Assembly: GCA_977017645.1 (NCBI GenBank)
Contig: OZ360254.1
Location: 5,580,001-5,644,000 of the forward strand
Direction: 5' to 3'
Source: Torpedo marmorata
Lineage: Eukaryota
DNA length: 64,000 nt
The notes beneath the pieces were generated by a model. The model was not told the origin of the DNA and searched no databases. It saw only the letters and a program-made list of their open reading frames with translations. Shown here one piece after another: positions 35,901 through 47,384 of this stretch. Numbering within the stretch: position 1 is the first letter of the stretch; each line of letters starts with the position of its first letter. The translations under genes and the position numbers were made by a program.

Positions 35901-36227
35901 GTGTTGATTGCCTGCTGTCTGCGGCTCCCGCGAAGTTTGAACGGCCCGTTCTCTGGCCGTTTAAAACTCCCGCGGTGCCGCAGCTGCTGTACTTGCGTGA
36001 TTTGATTGGAGGTCCCGCGGCCCGACGGAGACTGCAGCTGTACCTTCGTAAGTTCTTTAAAGGTCCCCCGGTTCCGATTCCGAGTTCTTCCAGCGATCTT
36101 TGGACATCCCCGTTGTAGGGTAAGTATGTTTTTGTGTTCGTTCTGATTTTTAGGAGTTCTGAACAGGAATACTTGATTATTCCCGTCAGAGCTGCTCGCA
36201 AAGAGTCGCCGGTGCAAGGCGCCATTT
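32945..36227 (-). mobile_element. Full-length Rex1/Babar LINE
   Basis: Begins AAAATGGCGCC, ends GACAATAAA(TTCTGA)n; the L1 host resumes on both sides (TTATAATT|TACGTAATAAA). Confidence 0.93.
33100..36225 (-). CDS. Intact Rex1/Babar ORF, 1041 aa: basic N-terminus, APE endonuclease, reverse transcriptase, C-terminal domain
   Basis: LANVQSL, CFTETWL, GDFN, LDH, SDH (APE); [16 protein letters not shown] (RT); no stops. The upstream 47 codons of the tracked ORF lie in L1 antisense sequence. Confidence 0.92.
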   Translation of the reverse strand: MAPCTGDSLRAALTGIIKYSCSELLKIRTNTKTYLPYNGDVQRSLEELGIGTGGPLKNLRRYSCSLRRAAGPPIKSRKYSSCGTAGVLNGQRTGRSNFAGAADSRQSTQLQIAQDLKGQRTVRLNTAGPTGSGSKGQVKKPRPRRRGSKGQVKKSRPRGRRGGLQVKLRRGDLKLPLPTILLANVQSLENKFDELQARIQYQGVIRECCVMCFTETWLNKDIPDTALQPKGYTLHRADRTPASGKTRGGGVCVIINSSWCTDVTIMSQSCSPDLEHLAIKCRPFYLPREFTAIILVAVYIPPQANVRLALEGLSTVINSHETAHPDAFPIIVGDFNQANLKKSLTNYHQHITCETRGTNTLDHCYTTVKNAYRAIPRPHFGKSDHLAVLLLPAYKQRLKSTATVERTAKVWSREAEERLQDCFDSVDWNIFKHSAIDINEYATSVTDFIKTCVDECVPTRKYRVFPNQKPWMNQRIRNLLRTRTRAFKEGDRDLYKKSRHDLRKAISEGKWQFRRKLETETDTRQLWQGVQAITAYKTRGNTIDGCDASLPDELNTFYARFEKKNKTVPNRIPERAEDPVISVSEGDVRTSFKRVNPRKASGPDGVPGRVLKICANQLAGVFTDIFNLSLRQSEVPTCFKRASIIPVPKKSSVSCLNDYRPVALTSTVMKCFERLVMTRINTYLSKDLDPLQFAYRHNRSTADAISLALHSALDHLENSNSYIRLLFIDYSSAFNTIIPSVLVKKLQTLGLCTPLCNWILDFLIGRPQSVRIGNNVSSSLIINTGAPQGCVLSPLLYSLYTHDCEARHNSNAIYKFADDTTVVGRITNGNEEAYRREIDQLIEWCNDNNLELNVSKTKEMIVDFRRKSGEHNPVLIEGSVVERVKNFKFLGVNISEDLSWSIHVDAITKKARQRLYFVRRLRRFGMSPKTLVNFYRCTVESILAGCITAWYGGANSQDKCKLQKVVTSACDITGTKLHSIEDIYMRRCLNKAASILKDPHHPGHALFTLLPSGKRYRSLKTSTQRHKVSFFPAAIRFLNNQ

Positions 36228-36639
36228 TACGTAATAAATACCATTTCTTCTTAAAAATTTGGAGCCCATATATGAAAGTTGTTGGTTTAAGGATTTGAAG
36301 ATCTCTGGATATTGGATCTACTGGCATATTTGACCTCCATAATAGAATTAGTTTATAGATTGGCATTCTCCTTACTCTATCTTTTTCTTTCTTTTTTCTT
36401 CTCTTTTTCTATTTTTATTTTTATTAGATTAGTGGGGTTGGGAGGGTTGGGGAGGGGAGGGGGGAGCGGGGGCGAAAATGTATCACAAATAACTTGATAA
36501 TTTTATATTTTATTTTATGTATTTTGTGATTTAAAAATTTTAAATAAAATATTTTTTTTTTTAAATAAAAAAATAACATGATATGAATAAATAATTTCAT
36601 TCAAATTGAACTTTACTGAGTTAGTTAAGTATATGTCTG

Positions 36640-37334
36640 ATGAGTGAGGATCTGACTGCGTGTGAAGATTATCAACAACAAACTCGAAGTGAACACAAGC
36701 AAAATCGCGAGTATGATGATTTCAGTGGTTCCAGCAGTCTTGACCCACTTGTTGAATCTCAAACGCCTTCTCAGAAGTTTAAAAGCAGAACATTTCTTGC
36801 CATTATTGATAGCTTGCTTTCTGCCCTGTCAAAACGCCAGAAAGCTTATCAAAAGTTGAATGGTTCATTTGGATTCCTTCATCAGTTACAGTCGTTTACA
36901 CCTGAAGAGAATGTAAAGAGGTCATCAAATCTTATCTAATCATATCCAGAAGATCTGGAAGAAAGTCTTGGTGAAGAATTTGTGCAGTTTGCTGAACTGC
37001 TTAAAACTGATCTTGCTTCTCATATTGGCGCCAAACAAGACCTTGAAGAGTTACAGTTTTACCGTTTGATAACTGACAATTCTTTGGAGTCTTGTTTTCC
37101 AAATGTAGAAATTGCCTTGCGCATCTATTTGTCACTCATGGTTACCAACTGCAGTGGAGAACGCTCATTTTCATAACTGAACAGGATTAAAAATGAACTA
37201 AGGAGCACCATGGGTCAAAGCAGATTGAACAATCTCACTCTAATGAGCATTGAACATGAACTTCTGTGTGAAATAGACATTTCCCGTATCATCAACAAAT
37301 TTGCTCATGCAAAATCTAGAAAATGTAACTTTTA
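36640..37334 (+). pseudogene. hAT transposase C-terminal remnant (hATC dimerisation domain)
   Basis: FPNVEIALRIYLSLMVTNCSGERSFS*LNRIKNELRSTMGQSRLNNLTLMSIE; in-frame stops. Confidence 0.88.
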
Positions 37335-38016
37335 AATTGTAGTTTTGTTACTTTTGACATTTGAAATTGATACCTACATGTAAGTAATACTATTACTGAA
37401 ATGTCAGACATTAGTCGTATTATCTGGCTGAATAGCAAATAAAAAAATTTAATTACTTTACTATGCAAGTAAAAAATTTATGTGTTTTAATATGTGTATT
37501 TTTAAAATTTAGGGCCCCTTTATAACATATGCTACAGCCCCGCACTAGCTAAATCCGGCCCTGGCCGGGCTGCTCTGTGCTTCTGGAAGCTGCTTAAAGC
37601 ACAAATCTCCATTCTGTTCACCAGATGTTCATTACACAACTGAATAATAAATAACAGATCAGAAGCCTTTCCCCGCAGTACCATTCTGGCTCAATGTTAC
37701 CCAACACATCCCGTGTCGAGTTCACCTGATGTTATCCTGTGAGGTTCCAATCAGTGCTACCATGGACACCAACCATCACCTTCATTGTCTGGTGTAGAAC
37801 CACCCAGGCAACCATCCTATCTGCCCCTACCCCTCACTTGCACCTGTACCTCCAACTAGTCCCATCATCTCACCGCACAAGCTGCTTCCACACATGAATC
37901 AGTCATAGAGTTTTAGAGCATGGAAACCGGCCCTTCAGCCCAACTCATCCATACTAGCACAATTGTCTACCTGAGCTAGTCATACTTGCCTGTGTTTGCT
38001 CCATATCCATTGAAAG

Positions 38017-38097
38017 CAGTGGTTCTCAACCTTTTTTTCCCACTCACATATCACCTTAAGTAATCCCTAACTAACCACAGAGCACCGAGAACCACTG
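38017..38097. mobile_element. Tiny hAT/Charlie-type MITE (81 bp)
   Basis: CAGTGGTTCTC / GAGAACCACTG; flanks ATTGAAAG/ATTTAAAC. Confidence 0.7.
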
Positions 38098-38384
38098 ATT
38101 TAAACCTTCTCACTGCTACCTTCGAGCAGAAGGTACAGAAGCCTGAAGACCAGCATCTCTAGGCTCAAAAACAGTTTCTTTCTAACAACTATCAGGCTCG
38201 TGAACCTCCCCTTGTTACACTAATCCCAGACTGCTCCGACACCACAAAATAATTGTTTGCACTATTGCAAATCACTTTTTTTTGCCACAAGGGTTGCTGT
38301 GAATATTTGTATGTATCGTGTATTTATTGCCTTTTTTAATTTAATTCAATTAGTTTACTATTATTTATTATTTACTATTACCTC

Positions 38385-38690
38385 CAAAATTTTCCAGGGG
38401 TTGTAGATCAATTGGGTGTAATTGGGCGGCACGGGCTTGTGGGCCGAAAGGGCCTGTTACCGTGCTGAATGCCTAAATTAATGCCAGCGACCCGGGTTCG
38501 AATCCAGCGCTGTCTGTAAGGAGTTTGTACGTTCTCCTCGTGTCTGCGTGGGTTTCCTCCGGGTGCTCCGGTTTCCTCCCACCCTTCAAAACGTACCGGG
38601 GATGTAGGTTAATTGGGGTATTTGGGTGTCACGGGCTCATGGGCCGGAAGGGCCTGTTACCATGTTGTATTAAAAATTAAATTAAATTAA
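38385..38690 (+). mobile_element. Two tandem 5'-truncated V-SINEs
   Basis: Tail fragment 38385-38480 followed by a B-box-to-tail copy. Confidence 0.82.
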
Positions 38691-38825
38691 AATAGAAAAT
38701 GCTGGAAATACTCAGCAGGCCAGGCAACATCTTTTACAGTTACATAGTCATACAAGAGGAAAATAGACGTTTTGGCCTATTGAGTTCACACTGGTTATCA
38801 ATCACTGCCAACACTATTCCCATTT

Positions 38826-39072
38826 TAATTTTTAAATTTAGACATACAGCATGGTAACAGGCCCTTTCGGCCCACGAGCCCGTGCCGCCCAATTACACCC
38901 AATTAACCTACAACCCCCGGTACGTTTCGAACAGTCGGAGGAAACAGGAGCCCACACAGACACGGGGAGAACGTACAAACTCCTTACAGACAGCGCGGGA
39001 TTCGAACCACCAGTCCCGATCGCTGGCGCTGTAACAGCGTTGTGTTAACCGCTACACTAACCGTGCCGCCCC
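38826..39072 (-). mobile_element. V-SINE
   Basis: Full copy. Confidence 0.9.
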
Positions 39073-39147
39073 AAAAAATTCTTCCCACATTGCCATCAAT
39101 GCCTACCAGATTCTGCCACTCTACTGACTCACTAAGGGAAATGAACA

Positions 39148-39320
39148 GAGTTAAACAAGAAAGTCTGCAGACACTGGGGTCAAGTGCTGGAGAAACTCAG
39201 CAGGTCAGGCAGCATCAACAGGAAGTCAGGAAGGGCTCAGGCCCAAAACGTCGATTGCCTTTTACTTCCTATGGATGCTGCGTGACCTGCTGTGTTTCTC
39301 CAGCATGTTTGTGTACTGCG
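39148..39320. mobile_element. Penelope-derived palindromic mini-element with 14-bp TSD
   Basis: TSD AGGGAAATGAACAG / AGGGAAATTAACAG; core GAAGGGCTCAGGCCCAAAACGTCG. Confidence 0.75.
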
Positions 39321-39534
39321 AGGGAAATTAACAGTGGCCATTTCACCTACAGCCTGCCTGTCATTACGATGTGAAGGCAAGAGCACCAGTAGCTGTAAAG
39401 GATCGGACCGGAGGATCATCAAAATAGCCGAGAAGATCACTGGGGTCTCCCTTTCCTCTATTGACAATATTCACCGGGAGCGTTGTTTAAATAGGGCTCA
39501 AAGAATAATAGAAGTAATAGAAATAATAGAGGAT

Positions 39535-40470
39535 AATAGGTCTGGGAATGTACTCACTGGAATTTAGAAGCATGAAACGGAATCTTATAGAAATGTATAA
39601 AATTATGAAAGGCATAAATAATATAGAGGTAGACAAGTTGTTTTCATTGGTGGGGGAGACCAGAACTAGGGGACATAGACTCAAGATTCAGGGTAGTAGA
39701 TTTAGGACGGAGATGAGGAGGAACTGCTTTTCCCAGAGGGTGGTGAATCTATGGAATTCGCTGCCCATTGAAGCAGTGGAGGCGTCCTCAGTAAATATAT
39801 TTAAGAATATATATTTAAGAAATATATTTATTTACATTTTTGTTCGGGCACCTACCTACATTTTTTCATACATCGATGAACGGCTCAAGCCCGAAATTTT
39901 AAATAAATTAAATTTTAAATTTAGACATACAGCACGGTAACAAGCCATTTCGGCCCTACGAGTTTGTGCCGCCCAATTTACACCCCATTAACCTACACCC
40001 CCCGGTACATTTTGAAAGGTGGGAGGAAACCGGAGCCCCCGTAGAAAACCCACGCAGACACGGGGAGATCGTACAAACTCCTTACAGACAGCGCAGGATT
40101 CGAACTCAGGTCCGGTCCTGATCGCTGGCGCTGTAAAGGCGTTACGCAAACCGCTACGCCAACCGTGCCGCCAAAATGTTGGGCTATATATCTTTGCTAT
40201 ATAAAGGACACTGTTTGACGCGCTGAGTTTCTCCAGCATGGTGTTTTTACTTCAACCACGGTGTCTGCAGACTTTCGTGTTTTACTTAAATATATTTAAG
40301 ACAAGGTTGAATAGATTTTTTACATAGTAGGAGAATTAAGGGATATGGAGAAAAGGCAGTTTGGTGGAGATGAGCCTATCATCAGATCAGCCATGATCTC
40401 ATTGAATGGTGAAGCAGACTTGACGGGCGGAATGGCCTACTCCTGCTCCTTTTTCTTATGTTCGTATGTT
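39535..40470 (+). mobile_element. CR1 3' fragment containing a Penelope mini-element (~39810-40286), itself containing a V-SINE (39900-40172, minus)
   Basis: TRTRGHRLKI..FSQRVVNLWNSLP; TSD-like TAAATATATTTAAGA on both sides of the insert. Confidence 0.8.
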
Positions 40471-41153
40471 CTAGAAGATCCTTTCCATCCAGCACACAGT
40501 ATCTTTGACCCACTACCATCAGGAAGGAGGTAAAGGAGCATCGAAATCTGGACTGCCAGGCTGGGAAATAGCTTCTTCCCGCAGGCTGTGAGATTGATGA
40601 ACAATATCCTATGACTGAGTAAATCACCCCAAAATATTTGTAGATATTTATTTTAAATTATATCTTTATGTATATACTGTATGTGATTACTATGTGCTGA
40701 GTATTGTGTTGTAGTATTTGAAGGGCTGAAACAGTGTTCGTGCTTCAGGAGGATCTTGGTCTGGTTCTCCCTCTACCGATGCTGCCTGACCTGCTGGGTG
40801 TTCCCAGCATGTTATGATTTATTCCCATGCAATACTATATGTCTGGAATAATTTCTGGTGCATGTGTTTCATGATTGGACTTTCCAGAAGTGTACACACT
40901 GGAGGTCTTGGATCAGATCTTACTCCTGGTGAAATTGATGAAAGACAGCGAGGCACTCAGGTGTTGCACATCTACAATACGTGCTGATAGGGAGCTGGCT
41001 ATTGGGCTGGAGGCACTAGTGTGAAAGTACTGGAGAAGTAGTGTTCATGGGATTGGATATGCACAACACTAAAACAGATCCTTCGGCCCAAATAATCCAT
41101 GCCTACCAAGGTGCCAGTCTGAGCTGGTCCTATGTGCCCATATCCCTCTAAAC

Positions 41154-41450
41154 CAGGGGTGGCCAAACTACGGCTCACGGGCCAACTGCAGCCCGTTGCC
41201 CATTTTTAAGTGGCTCGTTAGAACATAGTCTCTAACAATAACTTGCACTCTATGTACATTGCACTTCTTAATTTGAACACTAGATGCCGCTGCCATTTTG
41301 AACAACGACTAAAGAGTTTTGTTGTATTCATTAAAATTAAATTTAAGAGCAGCAAATTCAGAAATTCCTTCTGTAATATGTGAGGACATCAATAAACTAC
41401 TGTAATGTCAACAGTAGTGTCGTATAGTTATTTTGATAGAAAATGAATTT
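41154..41450. mobile_element. hAT/Charlie-type element left end
   Basis: CTCTAAAC|CAGGGGTGGCCAAACTACGGCTCACGGGCC; right TIR not found. Confidence 0.55.
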
Positions 41451-41453
41451 TCA

Positions 41454-41688
41454 AGCACGGTAACAGGCCCTTCCAACCCACGAGCCCGTGCCGCCCAATT
41501 ACACCAAATTGACCTGCACCCCTGTACGTTTTGGAGGGTGGGAGGAAACCGGAGCACCCGGAGGAAACACACGCAGACACGTGGAGAACGTACAAACTCC
41601 TTACAGACAGCGCCGGATTCGAACCCTGGTCCCGATCGCTGGCGTTGTAATAGCGTTGTGCTAACCGCTACGCTAACCGTGCTGCCCC
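41454..41688 (-). mobile_element. V-SINE
   Basis: Full copy; a partial plus-strand copy follows at 41820-41960. Confidence 0.88.
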
Positions 41689-41749
41689 AAACAAAGAGAT
41701 AAACCCAGAATATAGGAATTGTATATTAAAAAAATCAGGAAGGAAAGTA

Positions 41750-42140
41750 GAAGCACCATTCATAACCTCAAGGCATCCTAAGGCACTTGATGGCAAACAA
41801 AAAACGTTTGTAAAGAAAGCCTCCAGGCGCTTCAGTTTCCTCCCACCGTTCAAAATCGTACTGGGGTTGTAGGTCAATTGGGTGTAATTGGGTGGCACGG
41901 GCTCGTGGGCTGAAAGGGCCTGTTACCGTGCTGTATATCAAAATTTAAAACATTAAAAAAAAACAATGTTGTAATAGGGATAGGCTTCATGGGACAAATG
42001 GCAGCCTGTTTCGGCACTGCCACATCCTCGCAATGACAATGCTACAACGATGAAATTATCTGCTGCAGAATTGTTGCCTCATGAATAAATATTGGCAGAA
42101 CAATGGGGAGAGTGCACCTGCTCGTGTTCAGTGCCGGTGA
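41750..42140 (-). mobile_element. Old Deu-domain SINE remnant (SacSINE1/AmnSINE-like)
   Basis: CATAACCTCAAGGCATCCTAAGGCACTT..TGTTGTAAT..GGCAGCC..ATAAATATTGGC..CCTGCTC..GTGCC matches the recalled Deu-domain order. Confidence 0.5.
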
Positions 42141-42681
42141 GCATGTAAATGGTTCTGGGCTAGGCACCAAGTGTGAACTACATTCCGTGTGTGTCAGATT
42201 TGATCTGAAACCAAATTGAAAAGATTCGCCTTCTCACCTTGAGAAGTGCAGCACGAAGCCCCGGGAATGATTTGAATGGAGATTATCGAACATGCTCTGG
42301 GACGCTGCTACTTAACGTTGTGAGGTGACATGGAAAAATGTGCCATGCTGCAGGTCCCGAGAAAGGCCAGTGCTCGGGGGATTCGAGGCATTGTTATCTC
42401 TGAATGCACCAGAGGCAGCATTAACATCAGAAAGGGAAGATCTGCAGCAAATTAAAGAGTCATGTTAATGTCGATGTAGAAATTATATCCCACCTGTTTG
42501 TCAGGCTGAAGGCTCATTTGATTCCGTTTTGTTAAGTTACCAGATGACATTATGAAGATTATCTTTCTGATTTCTCTGCTGACTTTCTCTCTCAATCTTT
42601 TCATCTGTTCTTGTCCTCAGCAAGTTGTTCTCTGTCCACTTCTCCACTTCCTTCGCCCTCATCTTCTTTTCTCCACCTTTT

Positions 42682-42910
42682 AATTTTCAGACATACAGCA
42701 CGGTAACAGGCCCTTTCGGCCCACGAGCCCGTGCCGCCCAATTACACCCATTTGGCCTACATGTTTTTGGAGGGTGGGAGGAAACTGGAGCACCCGGAGG
42801 AAACCCACGCAGGCACGGGGAGAACGTACAAACTCCTTACAGACAGCACCGGATTCGCACCCCGGTCGCTGACGCTGTAACAGCGTTGCGCTAACCGCGA
42901 CGCTAACCCT
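42682..42910 (-). mobile_element. V-SINE
   Basis: Near-full copy. Confidence 0.88.
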
Positions 42911-43121
42911 ATCTTCCTGTATCCAACAGCTCTCAGGGTCTTGAACAGCCCTGTACTAACCCCAACCATAAACCATGCCAGGACCACCAAAGATCTGTCG
43001 GCATGACTGAAATGTCTATTTTTTATTTCTTGCACTAACTACAACTGTGAATATTTATTTATCTATCCTTTGATATTCATCCTCTATTTCTGCCTTGCAT
43101 TTGTAATTGAAATATTTACTA

Positions 43122-44613
43122 TAGAACCATATAGAATATTATGACACAGAAAACAGGCCCTTCGGCCCTTCCAGTCTATGCTGAATTATTATTCTGCTTG
43201 TCCCACTGACCTGCAACCAGTCCATAGCCCTCCATACCTCTCCCATCCATGTACCTGTCCAAATTTTTCTTATATGTGAAAAGAGAGCCCGCATTCACCA
43301 CTTCAGCTGGCAGCTCGTTCCACACTCCCACTCTTCTTTGTGTGAAGAAGTTCCCCTGAATGTTCCCCCTAAACTTTTCCCCTTTCACCCTTAACCAATG
43401 TCCTCTGGTTTGCATCTCACCTACCCTCAGTGGAAAAGGCCTACTTGCATTTAATCTCTCTCTCCCCCTGATAATTTTAAATACCTCTCTCAAATCTCCC
43501 CTCATTCTTCTATGCTCCAGGGGACAAAGTCCTAACCTGTTTAATCTTTGCCTGTAACTCAGTTCCTGAAGTCCTGGGAATATCCAAGTAAATCATCTCT
43601 GCACTCTTTCTATCTTTTTGATATCTTTCCTGTAGTTAGATGACCAAAACTGCAAACAATACTCCAGATTTGGCCTCACCAATGTCCTATACAACTTTAA
43701 CATAACATCCCAACTCTTATACTCAATACTTTGATTTATGAAGGCCAATATGCCAAAAGCTCTCTTTACAACCCTATCCACCTGTGACACCACTTTCAGG
43801 AAATTATGTATCTGTATTCCCAGATCTCTCTGTTCTACCGCACTTCTCAGTGCCCTACCATTTACTCTGCATGTCCTACCTTGGTTTGTCCTTCCAAAAT
43901 GCAACACCTCACACTTGTCTGCATTAAATTCCATCTGCCATTATTCAGCCCATTTTTCCAGCTGGTCCAGATTCCTCTGCAAGCTTTGAAAGCCTTCCTC
44001 ACTGTCCACAACGCCTCCAATCTTTGTATCATTGCAAAATTGCTGATCCAATTTACCACATTGTCATCCAGATCATTGATATAGTTGACAAACAACAATG
44101 GCCCAAGCACTGATCACTGAGGCACACCACAAATCAGGCCTCCAGTCTGAGAAGCAATCATCCACTACCACACTGGCTTCTCCCATCCAGCCATTGTCGA
44201 ATCCAATTTACTGCCTCACCATGAATACTGAGCATCTGAACCTTCCTGACTAACCTCCCATTTGGAACCTTGTCAAAGGCCTTACTAAAGTCCATGTAGA
44301 CAACATCTACAGCCGTTTCTTCATCTACTTTCCTGGTAATCTCCTCGAAAATCTCTAAGTTTGGTTAAACACGACCTACCACACACAAAGTCATGTTGAC
44401 TATTCCTAATCAGTCCCTGGCTATCCAAATACTTGTATAACCAATCTCTTATGACACATTCCAATAATTTACCTACTACTGATGTTAGACTCAATGGCCT
44501 ATAATTTCCTGGGTAATTTTTGGAGCCTTTTTTAAACAATGGAACAACATGAGCTACCCTCCAATCCTCCGGTACCACACCTGTGGCTAAGGACATTTTA
44601 AATATTTCTGCAG
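43122..44613 (-). mobile_element. CR1 ORF2 RT to 3' end
   Basis: GNYRPLSLTSVVGK; EFNADKCEVLHFG; CR1 tail at 43122. Confidence 0.9.
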
Positions 44614-45569
44614 CGCTACTATATTGTCGCTGGTGTATCTGATGATCCTGTGTGGCTGCAGCAAGTAAGAATTTCAATCCATCTGTACATTGTACTTATG
44701 TATATGACAATAAATTCTCATCGAACATTTTCTTGTTCTATCTTCTTGCTCTTCCTTTACTCATGGAGTGATAGAGTTATAGAGCATAGAAAGAGGCCCT
44801 TCAGTCATTAAATCCTTGCTATCCACCCAGTCACCACCTACACTGATCCCATTTACCTGCTCTTTCTCCGTTGCCTTCTCTGCCTTGGTGTTTGGCCGGG
44901 TACAACTCAAAACCCACGAGGGTTTCTGCCTCCACCAACTCTCCGGCAATTGCCCCAGATTCCAAACACCCTCTGGGTGAAAGCCTTGCTCCTCAGATCC
45001 CCATTTACATTAAATCCATGCCCCCTTGAGTGAGACACCTCTGCTGCGGGAAAGTTTTCTACGATCCAAACCCCTCACAATGGGGACATTGACACTCAAC
45101 AGTCGGCATGGGAAAGGTGGGCCGAATGGCCTCTGCCTGTGCTGTACAGCTTCAATGTTTTGTATGTCTGTCCAGTCCTCCCGTCGGCCTCCTCTGCTCC
45201 AAGAGTAACAAACCTCTATCCGAAATGCTTCACTTCTCACAACATTCCCATTGCATGAATTCCTTCTCCTTGCTCACTGTATTGGGACGTCCAGTCACAG
45301 TTGGGACCTAAATCCACGGAGGAGTGATGGTGGGGGAAGTAGAGGGGAAAACGGCGATAACTGCAGGAATATGTTATAGTTGCAAAGGACCGCGAGAGGG
45401 GAGAGCAGTTCTGATCCTTCTACATTGTTGGACCTGTCAGCTATAACCTCAACGGCATATCGACGAGGCCGAGATTTATAGGTTGTCTAACCCAATAGTT
45501 CGATTTATGGGTAATGACTCCTCAGCATCTAATTGATCAACCAAACTTGCAGTATTGTGCACAGGACAG

Positions 45570-47120
45570 GTCACCTGGCTGCAGAAAGGATGTCATTACG
45601 TTGGACAGGGTGCGGAGGTTATTCACGAGGATGTTTCCAGAACAATAGGGCTTGAGTTAAAAGAGACTGGATAGGCTGGGGCATTTCTTCCTGGCGTGTA
45701 GGAGACTGAGGGGTGACTTAAAATAGGTTTATAAAATCATGAGGGGCATGGATAAGGTGAATGGTCAAAGTCTTTTTCCCGGGGCTAAAACCAGAGGGTA
45801 AAGATTTAAGGTAAGATGGGAATGTTTTATTGAGGATGGTCAACGTTTTCACCCAGAGAGTGGTGGGAACCTGGAATGAGCTGCCACAGGAAGTGGGGGA
45901 GGCAGGCAGGATTAAAATACGTTCAGACAGGGACATAGGCTGGAATGGTTTTGACTTCTTTTTTTTAAATATTTTATTTTAAATTTTGAATTTTCTCACA
46001 GTAATACAACATACGTAATTTACATTATTAATTCCAGTAAATAAAAGACATAGTTTGTATTAACCCCTCTCTTAACCCACCCTCTATAAAGTTGTCCACC
46101 CTCCACCCTTCCCCTCCCTTTAATTCCCTCCCCTTACTAAAAACTAAAAGAAAAGAACAGAAAAGAAGGCATTGGTATTTCTTATCAAAAACATCTGAAC
46201 GGATCGCTGCTGGGACAACGGCTCGACGCGCGGCATTCAACAATATTTATTCTTTGAATTTGAGAGTCAACACATGTAGAGCAACACATTTAAATATTCA
46301 TACCTAATGATTGGATATGTGGACGCCAAATTTGCAAAAATATCCCATATTTGTTTCTCATGTTATATGTTATTTTTTCCAGTGGAATACAACTCTGCAT
46401 CTCTATATTCCATCTATCCATGCCTAAATTTGTATCTGATTTCCAAGTTACTGCTATACACTTCCTTGCAACTGCTAAGGCAATTTTTACAAATTTCAAT
46501 TGATATGTAGATAACTTCAACTTTGGTCTAGTTCCTTCCACATTTCCTAATAGAAATAAATCAGGATTCTGTGGAAATGTAACACCTGTAATTTGTTTTA
46601 ACCGGTTCCCTAACTCTATCCAAAAACATTTTACTTTAGAACATAACCATGTTGAATGTAGAAAAGTTCCCTCCACTTCACCACATCTAAAACACTTATT
46701 TGATAGTGTAGATTTTATCTTATTCAATTTTTGTGGTGTAAGATATAGTTGATGTAAAAAATTATACTGTACTAATCTATATCTTACATTAATAGTATTA
46801 GTCATACTATCTTGACATAAATCCGACCATCTTTTTTCATTAATTGTAACATTAAGATCTTGCTCCCATCTTTGTCTAGATTTATGAAGTCTGGTTTTGA
46901 CTTCTTCACACAGAGAGTGGTGGGAGTGTGGAACGAGCTGTCAGCTGAAGTGGTGAATGCGGGCTCAATTTTAACATTTAAGAAGATTTTGGACAGGTAC
47001 ATGGATGGGAGGGGTATGGAGGGATATGGACTGGGTGCAGGTCAGCGGGACGAGGCCGAATAATAGTACGGCACAGACTAGAAGGGCCTGTTTCTGTGCT
47101 GTAATGATCTATGGTTCTAT
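45570..47120 (+). mobile_element. CR1 3' fragments flanking an L1 insertion
   Basis: FFTQRVVGVWNELS and CR1 tail at 47118. Confidence 0.75.
45961..46891 (-). mobile_element. L1/Tx1-clade 3' fragment
   Basis: VQYNFLHQLYLTP..CFRCGEVEGTFLHSTWLC..PLEKITY; 15-bp TSD TGGTTTTGACTTCTT at 45946-45960 and 46892-46906. Confidence 0.92.
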
Positions 47121-47384
47121 TATAACCGATGGTTTATTGTACAAATGATTCTTGATTCCAGCTTCAATAGTAGGGAGGTGCCATACCAATATCTCCTCTA
47201 TTTCTCATGTTTCTGCCCTCATCCCACCTCTCTCCCCCAGGCTGAACAAGGACAGAGTCCCTCTGGTCGTCACTTTACCACTTCACCAGCCTCTGCATCC
47301 AACACATAATCCTCCGTCACATCCGCCAACTTCAGCGTGACTCCACCACCAGCCGCACCTTCCCCTTTCCACCACGATCCGCTT

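Larger units (their letters stand above)
31537..36571 (+). mobile_element. L1/Tx1-clade ORF2 3' part inserted in the hAT, split by Rex1
   Basis: 31544-32539 ORF WKDLPITLMGRVNCIKMNVFPRIQYLFQSIP..GGLQLPNF; CFRC zinc knuckle; TSD AATAACATGATA(C/T)GA at 31522-31536 and 36572-36586. Confidence 0.9.
31149..37563 (+). mobile_element. hAT DNA transposon, internally deleted (~1.4 kb without nested inserts)
   Basis: TIR CAGGGCCGGATT; perfect 8-bp TSD GCCGGGCT at 31141-31148 and 37564-37571. Confidence 0.93.

Noticed and set aside
36226-36366. First 47 codons of the 1088-aa ORF
   Set aside because: They lie in antisense L1 sequence outside the Rex1 boundary; chance read-through.
42238-42441. Minus-strand exon with plausible acceptor and donor
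   Set aside because: Stops in all three frames and no homology recognised; at most non-coding, and unsupported.
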